Source of the DNA: Octopus bimaculoides
Taxonomy: Eukaryota
Direction: 5' to 3'
NCBI RefSeq assembly: GCF_001194135.2
Contig: NC_068987.1
Coordinates: 37,702,271-37,741,221, forward strand
DNA length: 38,951 nucleotides
Shown here: positions 1-12,460 of the stretch, piece after piece
Layout: each line of letters opens with the position of its first letter
How positions within the stretch are numbered: the stretch's first letter is position 1
The notes under the pieces: model-generated
Databases searched by the model: none
Seen by the model: only the letters and a program-made list of their open reading frames with translations
Told to the model about the DNA's origin: nothing
Position numbers and translations under genes: made by a program

Positions 1-44
<44 letters not shown>
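1..44. repeat. (TA)n microsatellite
   Basis: Pure TA dinucleotide run at the window start. Confidence 0.98.
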
Positions 45-45
<1 letters not shown>

Positions 46-900
46 TTCAGAATGAAGTGTCACCCAAGAACAGAGCAGTAACAAGAAATTGAGTTGACAA
101 GAGAATAGATGATTATTCTATGAACTTTATTAGCTAACAGGTGTTAGTTAATGTAGTGCATAGAATAATTACAACCATGGATATGCACATGTTCATACTC
201 ATGCATGTAGTTCGTAGGGCTGAGCCAAACAAGGCACAAGTTGATGTGACAAAAAGAATATTAGAAAATCTATTTCGACGAGGATGAAAAAGGCAACATG
301 CCGGAGAGGATTGGGCACAAAGACTTGCCAAGAGGAAATATTAGTGAAACGTTAGAAGCACATCCTTGAACAAAGAGAGAGAGGGGAAAGAGAGAGAGAG
401 AAAGAGAGAGAGAGGGGAAAGAGAGAGAGAGGGGAAAGAGAGAGAGAGGGGAAAGAGAGAGAGAGAGGGGGTTAACACGTAACAGATCCAAGATTGAAAA
501 GAAAGAATTTTGATGAAACCGTAAAATCTTGAATTGTGGGAAGATTAGAATCAAACAAGGAGAGGGAAGAGAAAGAGAGATAACGATTTTTTTTTAAAAA
601 AGGAAATATAGAAGAGAAACGAAAATGGAAGAGAAAGACAGCGAAAAAAGGAAGAGAGAAAGAGAGAGAAGATAAACAAGAGAAGTGGAGAAGCTGGTCG
701 CTGAGAAATACACATTCGCGTGGACGAAATAGTAGCTCGGTGTTATTATGAAACACAAGGAATATAAAGCGCAGGCAGCAGGTAAGACGCACCTGGACAA
801 GAAACATAGAAAGCTTTCTGTCTCATCAGCTGTTGACTGAAAAATCAAGATAATTGATCTTCGTTCGTATGGCGAACACAAGCCAAAGGCATCTCACTAC
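45..900. repeat. Unclassified purine-rich dispersed repeat, copy 1, with internal ~17-bp (AAAGAGAGAGAGAGGGG) minisatellite at 372-470
   Basis: Shares collinear anchors with 5349-5910: CCTTGAACAA, TTGTGGGAAGATTAGAATCAAACAA (534-558) vs TTGTGGAAAGGTTAGAATCGAACAA (5569-5593), GGTCGCTGAGAA (696-707 vs 5799-5810). Boundaries approximate. Confidence 0.5.
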
Positions 901-948
901 AATATACAGAGGGTGAAGAACTAGCAAACATGTAATGAGTATATGAAT

Positions 949-1016
949 GAATCCATCCATCCATCCATCCATCCATCCATCCATTCATCCATCCATCCAT
1001 CCATCCATCCATCCAT
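949..1016. repeat. (ATCC)n microsatellite
   Basis: Tandem ATCC units with one ATTC variant. Confidence 0.97.
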
Positions 1017-1040
1017 ATAAGAGCATATAGCAGCCATATA

Positions 1041-1455
1041 TACTACTCTTTACTCTTTTACTCTTTTACTTGTTTCAGTCTTTTGACTGTGGCCATGCTG
1101 GAGCACCGCCTTTAGTCGAGCAAATCGACCCCAGGACTTATTCTTTGGAAGCCTAGTGCTTATTCTATCGGTTCTTTTGCCGAACTGCTAAGTGACGGGG
1201 ACATAACACACCAGCATCGGTTGTCAAGCGATGTTGGGGGGACAAACACAGACACACAAACACATACACACATACATATATACATATATACGACGGGCTT
1301 CTTTCAGTTTCCGTCTACCAAATCCACTCACAAGGCTTTGGTCGGCTCGAGGCTATAGTAGAAGACACTTGCCCAAGATGCCACGCAGTGGGACTGAACC
1401 CGGGACCATGTGGTTGGTAAGCAAGCTACTTACCACACAGCCACTTCTGCGCCTA
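1041..1455 (-). mobile_element. tRNA-derived SINE, family A, full length, with internal CA/TA microsatellite
   Basis: Minus strand starts TAGGCGCAGAAGTGGCTGTGTGG (A-box-like), then GGTTCAGTCCC (B-box-like), central CTTGGGCAAGTGTCTTCT domain and a (GAGTAAAA)n tail. Related pieces at 23625-23670 and 36480-36840. Confidence 0.85.
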
Positions 1456-1790
1456 TATACATATGCCTATTGTGTCCATTTATGTATGTACATGTAAATA
1501 TATTCATATAAGAAAATGTAAATACACATATCCCCACATACATATACTTTACCTACATTACCCTCATCACAGCTGTAATAACAATATTAAGCGTTAGCTA
1601 ATATAACGACGGGCCACTACGTGGACTTTCTATCATCTAGAAATAGCAGTCAAATTTCTCTCAAAACATACTTTACCTTTGTCAACATTGTAGATAATGT
1701 AACGTATTTCTAGATACGCAGAGTCAGATTAAAAAGTAGTTTCTGGCAAGATGAAACGGTAACAAAAACACATTGAAACTGTTATAAATG

Positions 1791-2750
1791 ACTAGTGAGA
1801 CCCGTGAATATTTCACGGAAATGGTAAACCTATTGGGTTATTTCTGAAAACTTTATCCAAAAATCCTGAAAGCGTAGCCTTCGTTGAGTTTGTATGGAAA
1901 GATAGTCGCTCATCTGCTACTCACTGAAAGTGAAAGAAATTGGAATACGATCATTGTTTAATGCACTTTATATACTTTATGCACAATTTTATAGACTTAA
2001 TACACAACACATAAACTAACATTCACTCTTATTTTTCCATTCTTTCTAAAAAAAGAACAAAAAATATCCTGTACATATGATACAACCTTTAGTTAAATTG
2101 CACATATCTATCATGTAAATAAGCGTAAATATTTCACTGAATTGCACTCGTGTGCATGCGCTAAGTGATAGGTGATATAAAAAACTTAGTTCAATTGCCA
2201 CCAATCACCACCACCTTTATCTTCACCAACAGCACCACCACCACCACCACCACCACTACTACCATTATCAACTGTCTCCATCCTTTCTCCTCTCACCCTC
2301 TCTCCTCTCACTCTCTCTAACCTCTCTCTATCCCTCCTTCCTCTCTCTATCTCTCTCTTTCTCGCTGCCTTTCTTTATAACCTCACCATCAGAACATCAC
2401 CCTTCTGCTAAAATTATTACTATCCCCCTGCCTCACGTCATGGACGCTTCTCTCTATCTCTTTTTCTCTATCCGTCTTTTTCTCTCTCGTTTTTACTTTC
2501 TCTCACTTTCTGTCTCACTCTTCGCCTAATCCTCTTATTCTCTCTCCTTTGTCTTTCACCTCGCTTTCCTTTCAACTAATCACGTGAAAGCGTTACAATT
2601 ACATTCCCTATACTTCACGTCATGGACGCTTTTCTGTCCCTCTTTTCTCCTTCCCTCTTTTCTCCTTCTCTCTTTTCCTGTCTCCCTCTTTTTCTCTAAT
2701 CACGTGAAAGCATTACCGATGGGCTAAGTAACGCAATGACAAGCAGAATT
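1791..2750 (+). mobile_element. Putative non-autonomous Helentron/DINE-1-like element
   Basis: Starts ACTAG followed by a 7-bp hairpin CCGTGAA-tat-TTCACGG (1802-1818); internal (CAC)n and CT-rich tracts; internal duplications CACGTCATGGACGCT and CTAATCACGTGAAAGC. Related reverse copy at 37020-37560. Class is inferred from architecture only. Confidence 0.4.
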
Positions 2751-2764
2751 ATAAATGATGGTAG

Positions 2765-3780
2765 CTATATTGCGCACCACTTTACACGGAAACTCTCAAA
2801 ACAGCTGAAGTGGTACGCCTACCTACTTACCTTGGAAGGCGGGCTTCCAAGATTAAGGTGGGAGATATACTACCTGAGGTAGACCCTGCTTGGCTGATGG
2901 CAGCCATAAATATGGGCTTGGAGGATAAAATAACTATCATCCATCTCAACCTGTAAGTAAGACCTTTTATGGATACACTAAATGTAGGGTGCTTGAATGT
3001 GTGCGGCTTGGGTCAAACTGGAAACAAGTTCGCTTCCTTATTGACTTCGGTCACATAATATGGATATTATAATTGCCACAGAGTCCAAATTGGGTAATCA
3101 GAGAGACTTTACCCCTTTCCTAAATGGCTGCGAGAAATTTATTTCTCCATGCCTAACTGGAGGAGGGAGAAGTGTCGCTGTGCTGCTCAGGAAAAGTTTG
3201 GATTTAGAGACAAAAGCAATCTTTATCGACCCGGAAGGGAGGTTGATCGTCCTTGACGTGACGACCGGCAGTGGTAAGGCCTTGAGGCTGGTAGCTGTCT
3301 ACGCTCCCTCGGAAGCTGAACAGACTGACTTTTTCGAGGCCTAGAGAAATTTCTAGGAACGTCTCACACCATAGTGATGTTAGGTGACTTTAACGCAATC
3401 TGCAATGCACGAATAGGTTACGTTGGCTTGTACACGGATGTGGGGGGGGGGGCAACCGTGCTTCAAAAATCTGCTCAGTCGGTTTCAGCTGGCAGATAGG
3501 TACAGACTAGATGTCTCAGACACTCCATTGTGGACACGGACTTATAGCGACGAGTCATCTAGATCTTATTTAGATAGGATTATAATTAGGCAGAAAGATA
3601 AAAACCTAGATAGACGTTCACAATTTTACTACCTCAGCTACACTGATTACAAATTTGTTACCTGTAGGCTGGACTTAGATAAGTTACATAGACAGGGATC
3701 TGGCTACTGGAAACTCAATTAGTCTCTTTGGACTCGTGAGTAGTACAGGAGTCGGATTACTGCTGTGGTTTGTCAACAAC
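2765..3780 (+). pseudogene. Tx1/L1-like LINE remnant: ORF1 fragment plus ORF2 APE endonuclease with frameshifts and stops
   Basis: From 2969 MDTLNVGCLNVCGLG, then IIIATESKL, VAVLLRK, LVAVYAP, VMLGDFNA, RSYLDRIII, YTDY (SDH-like) and GSGYWKLN*SL. Upstream frame reads VVRLPTYLGRRASKIKVGDILPEVDPAWL, which I take as ORF1-like. Confidence 0.88.
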
Positions 3781-3783
3781 ACG

Positions 3784-4068
3784 TTGTGGCGGTGCCATGG
3801 GATCTTTTCCCTTGAATAAAATGAGTGCCGTTGTTTGTCAACAATAACTATCAGCAGTACTGTTATTTATGACATCGTTCGTGCGTTTGTACTGGTTTTA
3901 GCTTTAGGGTTTTAGGGTTAGGGTTATGAGTATTTTTACCAAATTTGGGGAAAATTTTGTGGCGGTGTATTAAACAGATTTTGACCAAATTTGGCAAATA
4001 TACTCATAACCTTAACCCTAACCCTAACCCTAAAACCCTAAAGCTAAAACCAGTACAAACGCACGAAC
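3784..4068. mobile_element. Two oppositely oriented truncated copies of a small element with TGTGGCGGTG termini and internal telomeric repeats
   Basis: TTGTGGCGGTG at 3784 and 3957. 3877-3948 is the inverted repeat of 3985-4068, the first 50 bp perfect, containing TTAGGG/CCCTAA units. Confidence 0.7.
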
Positions 4069-4287
4069 TGGAGAAATATCGGGCAACATGTTGGTAATGT
4101 GATTCAATAAAAGGCAAACTATTTAATAACACATAAACCTGCTTAATTCACTTTGAATTTATTTCATGTGATGTAAGAATTTTCGCTCTGCAACTGTGAT
4201 CTGATCGCTAAAATAGTTTCACTGCATTACACAAAGACACACACATATGCATTCACACAAGCATACATATATATATATATATATATA

Positions 4288-4689
4288 NNNNNNNNNNNNN
4301 NNNNNNNNNNNNNNNNNNNNNNNNNNNNNNNNNNNNNNNNNNNNNNNNNNNNNNNNNNNNNNNNNNNNNNNNNNNNNNNNNNNNNNNNNNNNNNNNNNNN
4401 NNNNNNNNNNNNNNNNNNNNNNNNNNNNNNNNNNNNNNNNNNNNNNNNNNNNNNNNNNNNNNNNNNNNNNNNNNNNNNNNNNNNNNNNNNNNNNNNNNNN
4501 NNNNNNNNNNNNNNNNNNNNNNNNNNNNNNNNNNNNNNNNNNNNNNNNNNNNNNNNNNNNNNNNNNNNNNNNNNNNNNNNNNNNNNNNNNNNNNNNNNNN
4601 NNNNNNNNNNNNNNNNNNNNNNNNNNNNNNNNNNNNNNNNNNNNNNNNNNNNNNNNNNNNNNNNNNNNNNNNNNNNNNNNNNNNNNNNN
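4288..4689. other. Assembly gap; others at 5718-5727, 9487-9496, 23188-23602, 24534-24543, 24819-25817, 26457-27029, 35907-36086
   Basis: Runs of N. Confidence 1.
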
Positions 4690-5220
4690 TGGCGCGCTAA
4701 TTCCAGGAATATATCTGCAGAAAATATTTACTGCGTCTTATATATTCAGTATGAGAAAATGGGTAATGGGTAAAATATTATTATAAAATCTGGTAATTAA
4801 TCATATATTAATTAATATCGATTAATTATCAGGAGGCCAGCACATCTAAAGAATCAAAGAGATCCAGAAATAGTATCTGCAATCTCAGGGGATTAAGGTA
4901 CATTTTTTAAAAATAACGTTGACCACTAACGTGGAAAATTAATGTGCTAGAAATAGATCACATCTTGTGTCTATTAAGACCTAAATTGTTCTCAACATGA
5001 AATATAGCAGCATACCAAATCTCTTTCTTTCTCTCTCTCTCTCACTTTCTCTCTATACATACATACATACATACATACATACATGTTTCATGCATTGGCA
5101 CTGTGCCAATGCACAAAACTCTCGGACCTTGAGTCGCTCTGTTACTTTTACTAAATATTAATAAAAGTATACATATACTCACCTTTTGAGTTCTATTTTT
5201 CTTGTGTGCATCAACATACT

Positions 5221-5348
<128 letters not shown>

Positions 5349-5673
5349 AATAAATTAAACGCAGACAACTAGTAAAACATACAGGATAAGATCGGCACAT
5401 GGGCTCCATACTTTTGCATCAGAAACGGAACGGGAGACGACTGTGCAAGCTGTAACGTCCAGAGGGAATGCATGGGCATGATAGCCCTTGAACAATGAAA
5501 GTGACAACACAAAGAGTGAAGTAGTCAACAGCAAGTCAGAGAATTAGAATCAGTAAAGCATAAAAGCATTGTGGAAAGGTTAGAATCGAACAAAAAAAAA
5601 GAGGAAAAAGAGAATAGTCTATAACGAGAAAAACAGACGAATGAACGAACGAGAGACGGGGAAAGAGGAGAAC

Positions 5674-5717
<44 letters not shown>

Positions 5718-5727
5718 NNNNNNNNNN

Positions 5728-5770
<43 letters not shown>

Positions 5771-5910
5771 AAGAAGGGAGACTAAAAGAGTAGAGAAGGG
5801 TCGCTGAGAAGTGGATAAAAAACGTAGATAAAAAAAAAAATTGCGTGCTGTTACGAAGAAAAATTAACCTCGGACAACAGGTGAAACAAAGAAGACGCAA
5901 TACAAACATG
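5349..5910. repeat. Unclassified purine-rich dispersed repeat, copy 2, with internal (GA)n at 5675-5772
   Basis: Collinear anchors shared with 45-900. Confidence 0.5.
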
Positions 5911-6079
5911 GTAAGGTTTTGGTGATTTAATTGGGTTTCATTCAGTTTTCTTTTCCCAGTGCCCCGTTTTCAAGTCTTTTGTTATTCAACTAGAAGTAAT
6001 CTGTCATTCAACACGAGGTGGTTTATATTACTATTATTATACAAAAGCTAAATACTATGCAAATTTAGTAAATAAATTT

Positions 6080-6850
6080 GTTATTAGGTTCGCTACTAAG
6101 TCTCCTGAAATCATAAGAATCTTTTTGGGGACTTTTGCAGAATACATGATAGCACTTTCCGAGTGGACCAATTTCCCCAGGAACAATCTTTACGATTATG
6201 TTCCATAGTCTCTTCAACTCTCTGGCTAGTCCTGATATTTCTCAGTCTTGTCATTTTCTACTATCATTATGAGATGGAAAAATCTATGATCTGACAATGT
6301 TTATTCGTTCTGCATTCTACTATCATATTTAGCCTGACTCAGTACTATGATCAGTCTCTATGGAGAAAGCCCCATAAAATCCTGTATCGTATACTATAGC
6401 CTCTGGCACATTTTCATACCAGTTTTTCGTCCATTCAAATTCATAAACTTGGCTAACAACCAAATACTATCTTTTACTAACACATTCTTTCTCTAACGCA
6501 TTCTTTTACTAGCACATTCACTTTTTGTGCTATCTTACTGCACTAACAGAACGGCAGATATTTTTCTTTTACATACATTTTTCATTTCCATACACTGCCT
6601 TTAACAAATTTGTTATTATGGCTTATTCTAATTGCTAATTATTGCCAATTAGCTTCTTGCCTAAGGTTTCCATCTCTCAGCTACACTTTCTTCACTTCCA
6701 TGTCACTTTTGCCACATGAGTTGCCAAATAGTTCTTTCTAGCTTTTTGCCCTGTTGCTCTTGGAATCTTTCGAAATTTTATTAACGTTTTTAATATTCCT
6801 AGTCGCAGATAAGTCTTTCCTCACTATTTATAAAGTTTTCAAATCCAAAA
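6080..6850 (-). pseudogene. R4/Dong-like LINE 3' fragment (CCHC region plus restriction-like endonuclease)
   Basis: Minus-strand motifs across frameshifts: CSKIAQK, WYENVPE (6401-6421), ILWGFSIETD, RLNMIV, CQIIDFSI, EKYQD, ARELKRLWNIIVKIVPGEIGPLG (6158-6226). Confidence 0.8.
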
Positions 6851-7465
6851 TTGCAGAACAGATGGCGTTTTCTGCATTTTAACAAATCTCTGCTTTTTCA
6901 TTTCTTGATATCACTAAGTATTTCAGTAGTGGAGATCAGCTCGAATGTGCTGAGAGAATATGTAATCTGGAGGGGTCAGGGTGAGCTTTTAATTTCCAAA
7001 GAGCCTTGGAAACATAAAGACTATACCGGATCTTTGCCCAGTTGAAAGTGGGGAGACAAACAATACGAGACTAAGATACATAGCGTAAGACCTTGTTGTT
7101 ATACATGCGGTAGTAAAAGTCGCTTAATAAATTCTTATCCCGAAGAACGTAAGAATCTACAGAAGCCGAGAAGAAAAGAAAGGAAAGCAGTGGCAACAAG
7201 ACCAGCTAGTCCCAGTTTCACAATGCCAGTCACAACTTCGGAAATATCGAAAAAAGGATTCATCGTGCTCATTTCTAGAAACGAGTGTAAAGGGTCTACC
7301 CTCCAAACGAAGCAAGCAACAACACCGCTCCATCATCTTATCATGATCAGGAGTAGGTGCAGGAGGACCAAGAAGAGGAAACATTACATAGAATGTAAAA
7401 ATAAACAAAGAAATAAATCTAAAAAGGAATTGAATTTCAATAAAAAGCGGTTTTACAGTAAGTAG
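6851..7465 (+). pseudogene. LINE ORF1/gag-like remnant with a decayed CCHC zinc knuckle
   Basis: One frame with a single stop at 7043-7045. CYTCGSKSRLINSYP at 7097-7141 fits CX2CX4HX4C with H>R and C>Y single-base changes, followed by a basic low-complexity tail. Confidence 0.55.
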
Positions 7466-8102
7466 AGAGACAGGTTTACGAAACCCCAGTAGACATATAT
7501 CAAAGCGTCGTTCAAATTCTATGCGAACTATTTTCGGAATACTCTTTTAAAAGTGAAAATGTCAGTGTTAGTAACGTACCTTATATAAGTTTATAAGTAA
7601 ATGAAAGAGAACACTTTGGGATATTCCTATAATCCCATACAAAAACATGCCTACACACTCCTTTTGTTTGCACCAGAACTCGAAGAATGACAGAAGACCA
7701 GAGTGGCTGGATACTCCGACATAACCTAGTCAGTAGGCTCTCATATGTGTGAAGGCGTGTAACATCTTTACATTTAAAAAAAAAATTACAACTTATTTTA
7801 ATTTACAAGTTTTATATCTTATATTTATTTCATGTTTCATTAAATATTTAATCTATGACTTCTACTACCTCCTCGCATTTTCCTCTGTTTCCTTATTATA
7901 ACTTTGTTGGTTCAGCCCAGATGTATTGTAAACCCCTTGTTCTTTAGAGTCCATTGTCTTATTTTATCTCTTGACCATTTCTCCTTGATAAAGAAAATAT
8001 CACTATCTTCATCAAAAGTGTGGTGAGTTAGAAGAATCTTTAGAAAGTCAGATGGCTTGACCAATGATATATTTCCCCTCTCTTTAGATTCTGATAATAA
8101 TT

Positions 8103-8225
8103 CTCACCGGGGTTATTTTGCCTTTCATTTTCCCGGGAGTCGATAAAATAAATCCCAGTCAAGTACTAGGACTTATTTTATCGTCTAACCATCTCTTCTC
8201 TAATTTGCTGGCCTTGTGTCTAAAT
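8103..8225 (+). mobile_element. SINE family B, 3' fragment
   Basis: TTTGCCTTTCAT...GTCGATAAAATAA...TTGCTGGCCTTGTG matches 8851-9063 and 22297-22508. Confidence 0.65.
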
Positions 8226-8850
8226 AAAATAAAAACTAACAAGACTTCAACCGAGATTCGAAATCACCTCTCTCAGAATTCCAGATCAGAACCTCTGCAT
8301 CAGGATATTTCTAAATAAGGTATAGATGCCTCTGTGAACATGATTTAATCAATCTGTATTGGTTGGCTTGTAACAGTTGACGCGATAAACTTCAAAGGAA
8401 ATGCGTAAATTTTCTTCTCCAAATAGTTTGGTCATACATTCTAGAAACTTCGTTGACAGATTCATCCAGAAGTCCAAACGGAGCCTTGTCTCTCACCCTG
8501 TTTGAGTTTCCTTATAGAACATCTGGGGTTTACATGGAACTATGTCACTAAGTTCCATAGGAGGTGTTTTTACTTATTATTCTGCCGAGAACGATATCAG
8601 CTACTACTCGAAGCCATGTCATCCAGCTTTGTGGTGAGACGTTCTCATTCTTCCCGCTTAATTTGTTCTCATTAGTAATGAACTCTTTGCATTACTATCT
8701 AGCATATCGTACAGTGAAAAAACCTTGTACTTATTCTTTTCAATATCCTTAGAAAGTTGTCCTCTTTATTCAACTGTTGTGTATATTTAAATGTAAATGT
8801 TCCAAGTTAATAAAAAGTATGAGAACTAACAACAATATTGGTGTTTCATT

Positions 8851-9063
8851 AAAGCGGCATACTTTCAGTATCGTTAGTACGCCAGGCAAAATACTTAGCA
8901 GCATTTCGTTCGTCTTTATGTTCTGCGTTCAACTGCCACCGGGGTCAACTTAGCCTTTCATATTTTAGGGTCGATAAAATACGTACCAGTTGAACATTGG
9001 GGTCGATGTAATCGACTCGCCCCATCTCTAAAATTGCTGGCCATGTGCTAAAATTTGAAACCA
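8851..9063 (+). mobile_element. SINE family B, diverged copy
   Basis: AAAGCGGCA...TCGTTAGTACGCCAGGCAAAATACTTAGC...GGGGTCGATGTAATCGACT; collinear with 22297-22508 and 35692-35776. Confidence 0.75.
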
Positions 9064-9496
9064 GTATAACAGTGATTTCATGCTACTGACAAATCCGAAC
9101 GAAACCGAAATGCACATCTAACATTCTCACCATTCGCTGCTGTACGATTTTATTCTACTACTATTATATTTGTATTTTAAACACCATATGTTCATAACAG
9201 ACATTATCTCCAGACAATTTCTGCAGTTAATTTTGTCTTTTCATTATGTATTTGCATTGAGTATAATACACAGATGACTAAATTTTTATGAAATATTGAT
9301 TCAGTTGCATATAACGAGATATTATCTATTTCAAATAGAGAAGTTCTGAACACATACACACATGCATCCTCATAAAAACATTTATGTACACATGCAAAAA
9401 AGAAAAAAAAAACTTTACTCCACATTTCAATGTACTGAGTCCTTCCTTCCATATATATTTTCCTTAAACACTATATTAAGTTAACANNNNNNNNNN

Positions 9497-9527
<31 letters not shown>

Positions 9528-10948
9528 TGTATGTGTGTATTTATGTCTGTACATATAGGAGTATGTACACACGTACGTGCGCGCGTGCACACACACACGT
9601 ACACACACATGCAGAACATCTGCTATTAAGAGTCTATTTTGTAGATGCTATGCTCAAGTTGCAGCTGATGTTCAGAAAATATAAAAACAGCAGCTGCTTT
9701 AAGTGTTTCTACTCTCATCTCTAATTGTCATTCAAGGAAATAGGAAATGCTGAATATAAATATAAATATATTATTAAGAAAGGCTTTAACAATATGAACT
9801 AAAATATAGTGATCTTAAATTCTAAAATACCTTAATTTCTTTCGTAAAAATAGCTGAATTATTTCACTTCCTGCGAATTGAATCGCGTAAACATTGCAAG
9901 AAATTAGGATACACCCACGAACGACTTTGAAAGTTTTGAAAGCACGCCTAAGATTTATACGAATTATCTTCCATTTCCAGTCGTGTTAGTCTTCATGCAA
10001 GTTTCTCTCTAACCACAGCCTCTTATCTGAACAAAGACTACGCTTTTGATTATATAGTCTTATATGTATTGTTTTAGGAAAAAAAAAAGTAAAGAAAAAA
10101 GTCCATATAACTACTGACAGAATTCTTTTGATAATAGTTTTATTTAATCGAGGCTGATCTGGAGCTAAACTAAAACACTCTCCTGATCTTACCACTGCTT
10201 GCACTATATTAGAAAGAAACTAAGACCCGCTACAAATATTAACCAAATCATAATATAAAAGATGAAAGATATTATTGAATAATATAGCTCTAGATGCATG
10301 AAACCTGAATATATGATTATGTCTGGAATGCCTTTGATCATAATTCTGCACGATTAGGCGGTGATTTAAGGCTAAACAACAAACAACATCTAAGTGAAGG
10401 AAACAGATTTTTATCATCGTTGTACCACAGCTTGTTAAACTGAAATATAACTAAATTTTCCGATTTTTTGAGGAGAAACCTTTTCTTAATAATGATATTA
10501 TTTATACCATTATTCAAGCAATAACATCTATTGTTGCTGTTCTCCGTGTTGTTGTTGTTGTTATTTAAACCCAGATCAATTCTATTCGAACAGATTTATG
10601 GTCAAAATCGTTGCAACAGCAGACGTCCCATCAGAGAACAGAGCATTCAAAACCACATTACCCAAAGTAAGCTACTTTTCTGAGACTTTAGAGCAGCGCT
10701 TCTCAACCTTTTTTCCGTTGTGCACCCTCAAAAGTCGCACAATTTTATAATTACTACTGAAATTGCATTAATCAGTCAGCAAAAATGTAACGCTTAACAA
10801 TAATGAAAGTTCAGACTTTTTCCATGCTTGGAAGCATTCATTTTTTAAAGACTTTTGAACGAAGCTCAGAGACTGTATGAATAATTTTACTAAAGAATTT
10901 AAAAAACGCATACAATGCAAAAAGTATACAAAGATAAAAATATTAATG

Positions 10949-12460
10949 CTACCCTTGAGGTTGCTTTTCTGTCGCCAGTTTGGTAGAACGTGGCTGGGGG
11001 TGACTCAATCTCAGTCGCATCTTACAACTATTGTCGAACTGCAGTCTTCTTCTTTGTCTATTATAAGAATGCAGAGCCAACGAAAAGACTCTTTCGGCAA
11101 GGTTTAATGTTGAGAGGTTTATAATGAACGGCTCAACAGTTTCGTACAGAGTCAGGTATTTGTTCTTCGCCTGTAGCCACGCTTTCACCCGATCTCCTTC
11201 GGCAATTTGGATGAAACATTCATCAGCAAGGGCCTGGCAGAGCTCTATTTGAAAATATGCACGTTGTTGGAAGAAGTCCTCCATTGTTAAGGTAAGAAGT
11301 CTGTCGACAAATAAAGGGATGTGTAAATGAATGAGATCCTGAAAATGCAGTTGAAAGCTTTCATGCAGAAAAACGAGGCGTTCCACGATGACTGCATGCT
11401 CCTAAGTAGTAAGACGCTCTTCTTTTAAAGAGGCGAAATGAGTGAAATCGTGAAAAGTAAGCTGCGTCTTCCGAAGTAAGAGTTTTTTCATTAAATCCGC
11501 AATAAGATATTTGGAAGTTACGATATTAATACCATCAAATTGCAGCGACAAGTTTAATTTGTTAAGCTTCTTGAAAATCTCTTCTCGGTATTATATCTGA
11601 AGGAGCGCAATGTGGAGTTGTGAATCTTTCCAAAACTTTAACCACTTTGTCAAAAAGACAAACAAATCGAGTAAGGCTATTTCCCATGGACAGCCATCGG
11701 ACATCCGTTGAATAAAGAGGCGATCGAAATGTTCATCGTGACAGGCTTTCCTAAAGAGTCTGTCTTGAAGTGCTGTTTTTTAACTCTATTAACAGCAGAA
11801 TTTCACTGAGGTTGTGGGTTCGAATATCCTTTGCAACTGAGTTCTCCCAATGGAGGACACAGTAAATAATAAAAAGATCTCTTTCTGCAGTTAATCTGGC
11901 GACTAACCCTTTTTTCTTCCCGACCATAGAAGGGGCACCGTCCGTGCAAACAGATATAATTTTATTTATACTGATCTCATTTTCTTGGAAGAATTCGTGC
12001 ATTGCGTTATGAATAGCTTCGCTAGTTGAATTAAGGATTCTCTTGATGAACAAAAGCTCCTCTGAAATGGCGGAATCCTTAATGTAGTGGACGAATGTAA
12101 ACATTACTGAATGGTTTGCAAACGTACTCTCATCAACAGTTAGAGAAAACCTGCTGTTACTCAAATCTTGAATGAGGAGTGTTTTGATGTCAGTCAGGAT
12201 GTCAGGAATGCTGGCCTGTTTGCCACTTTCAAAGCTTCCAAGGTTGCAGGTTTTGTGAGCTCCTCAGCCAGTGTATGTGGTCGACTTTCTTTTGCAATAT
12301 ACGAGGAATCATAAAGTTTGCATTTATTTCTTTCGTGTTCATTTTTGTGTATCACTTTGTTTATCCAAAATCTAAAATAAAAGAAATAAGAAAAGATATG
12401 ATTGCTGCACTCAGTACATTTGCGATGAGACAGATGAGTATACATATTTTTTCTATTCAA
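10949..12460 (-). pseudogene. hAT (Buster/ZBED8/SCAND3-like) transposase pseudogene
   Basis: Broken ORFs 12194-12460 (YIAKESRPHTLAEELTKPA), 11751-12164 (FSLTVDEST, EELLF, VCTDGAPSMVG, YCVLHWE) and 10949-11386. Confidence 0.92.

Noticed and set aside
3877-4068. Head-to-head telomere fusion site
   Set aside because: Only 3-5 telomeric units are present, embedded in longer non-telomeric inverted arms with matching element-like termini; two MITE copies explain it better.
4690-4900. Possible Penelope terminal fragment
   Set aside because: The resemblance is from memory only, and the AT-rich sequence has no diagnostic motif.
8240-8560. Possible minus-strand APE remnant (VNCYKPT, GDF)
   Set aside because: Only two weak motifs in different frames; this could be chance.
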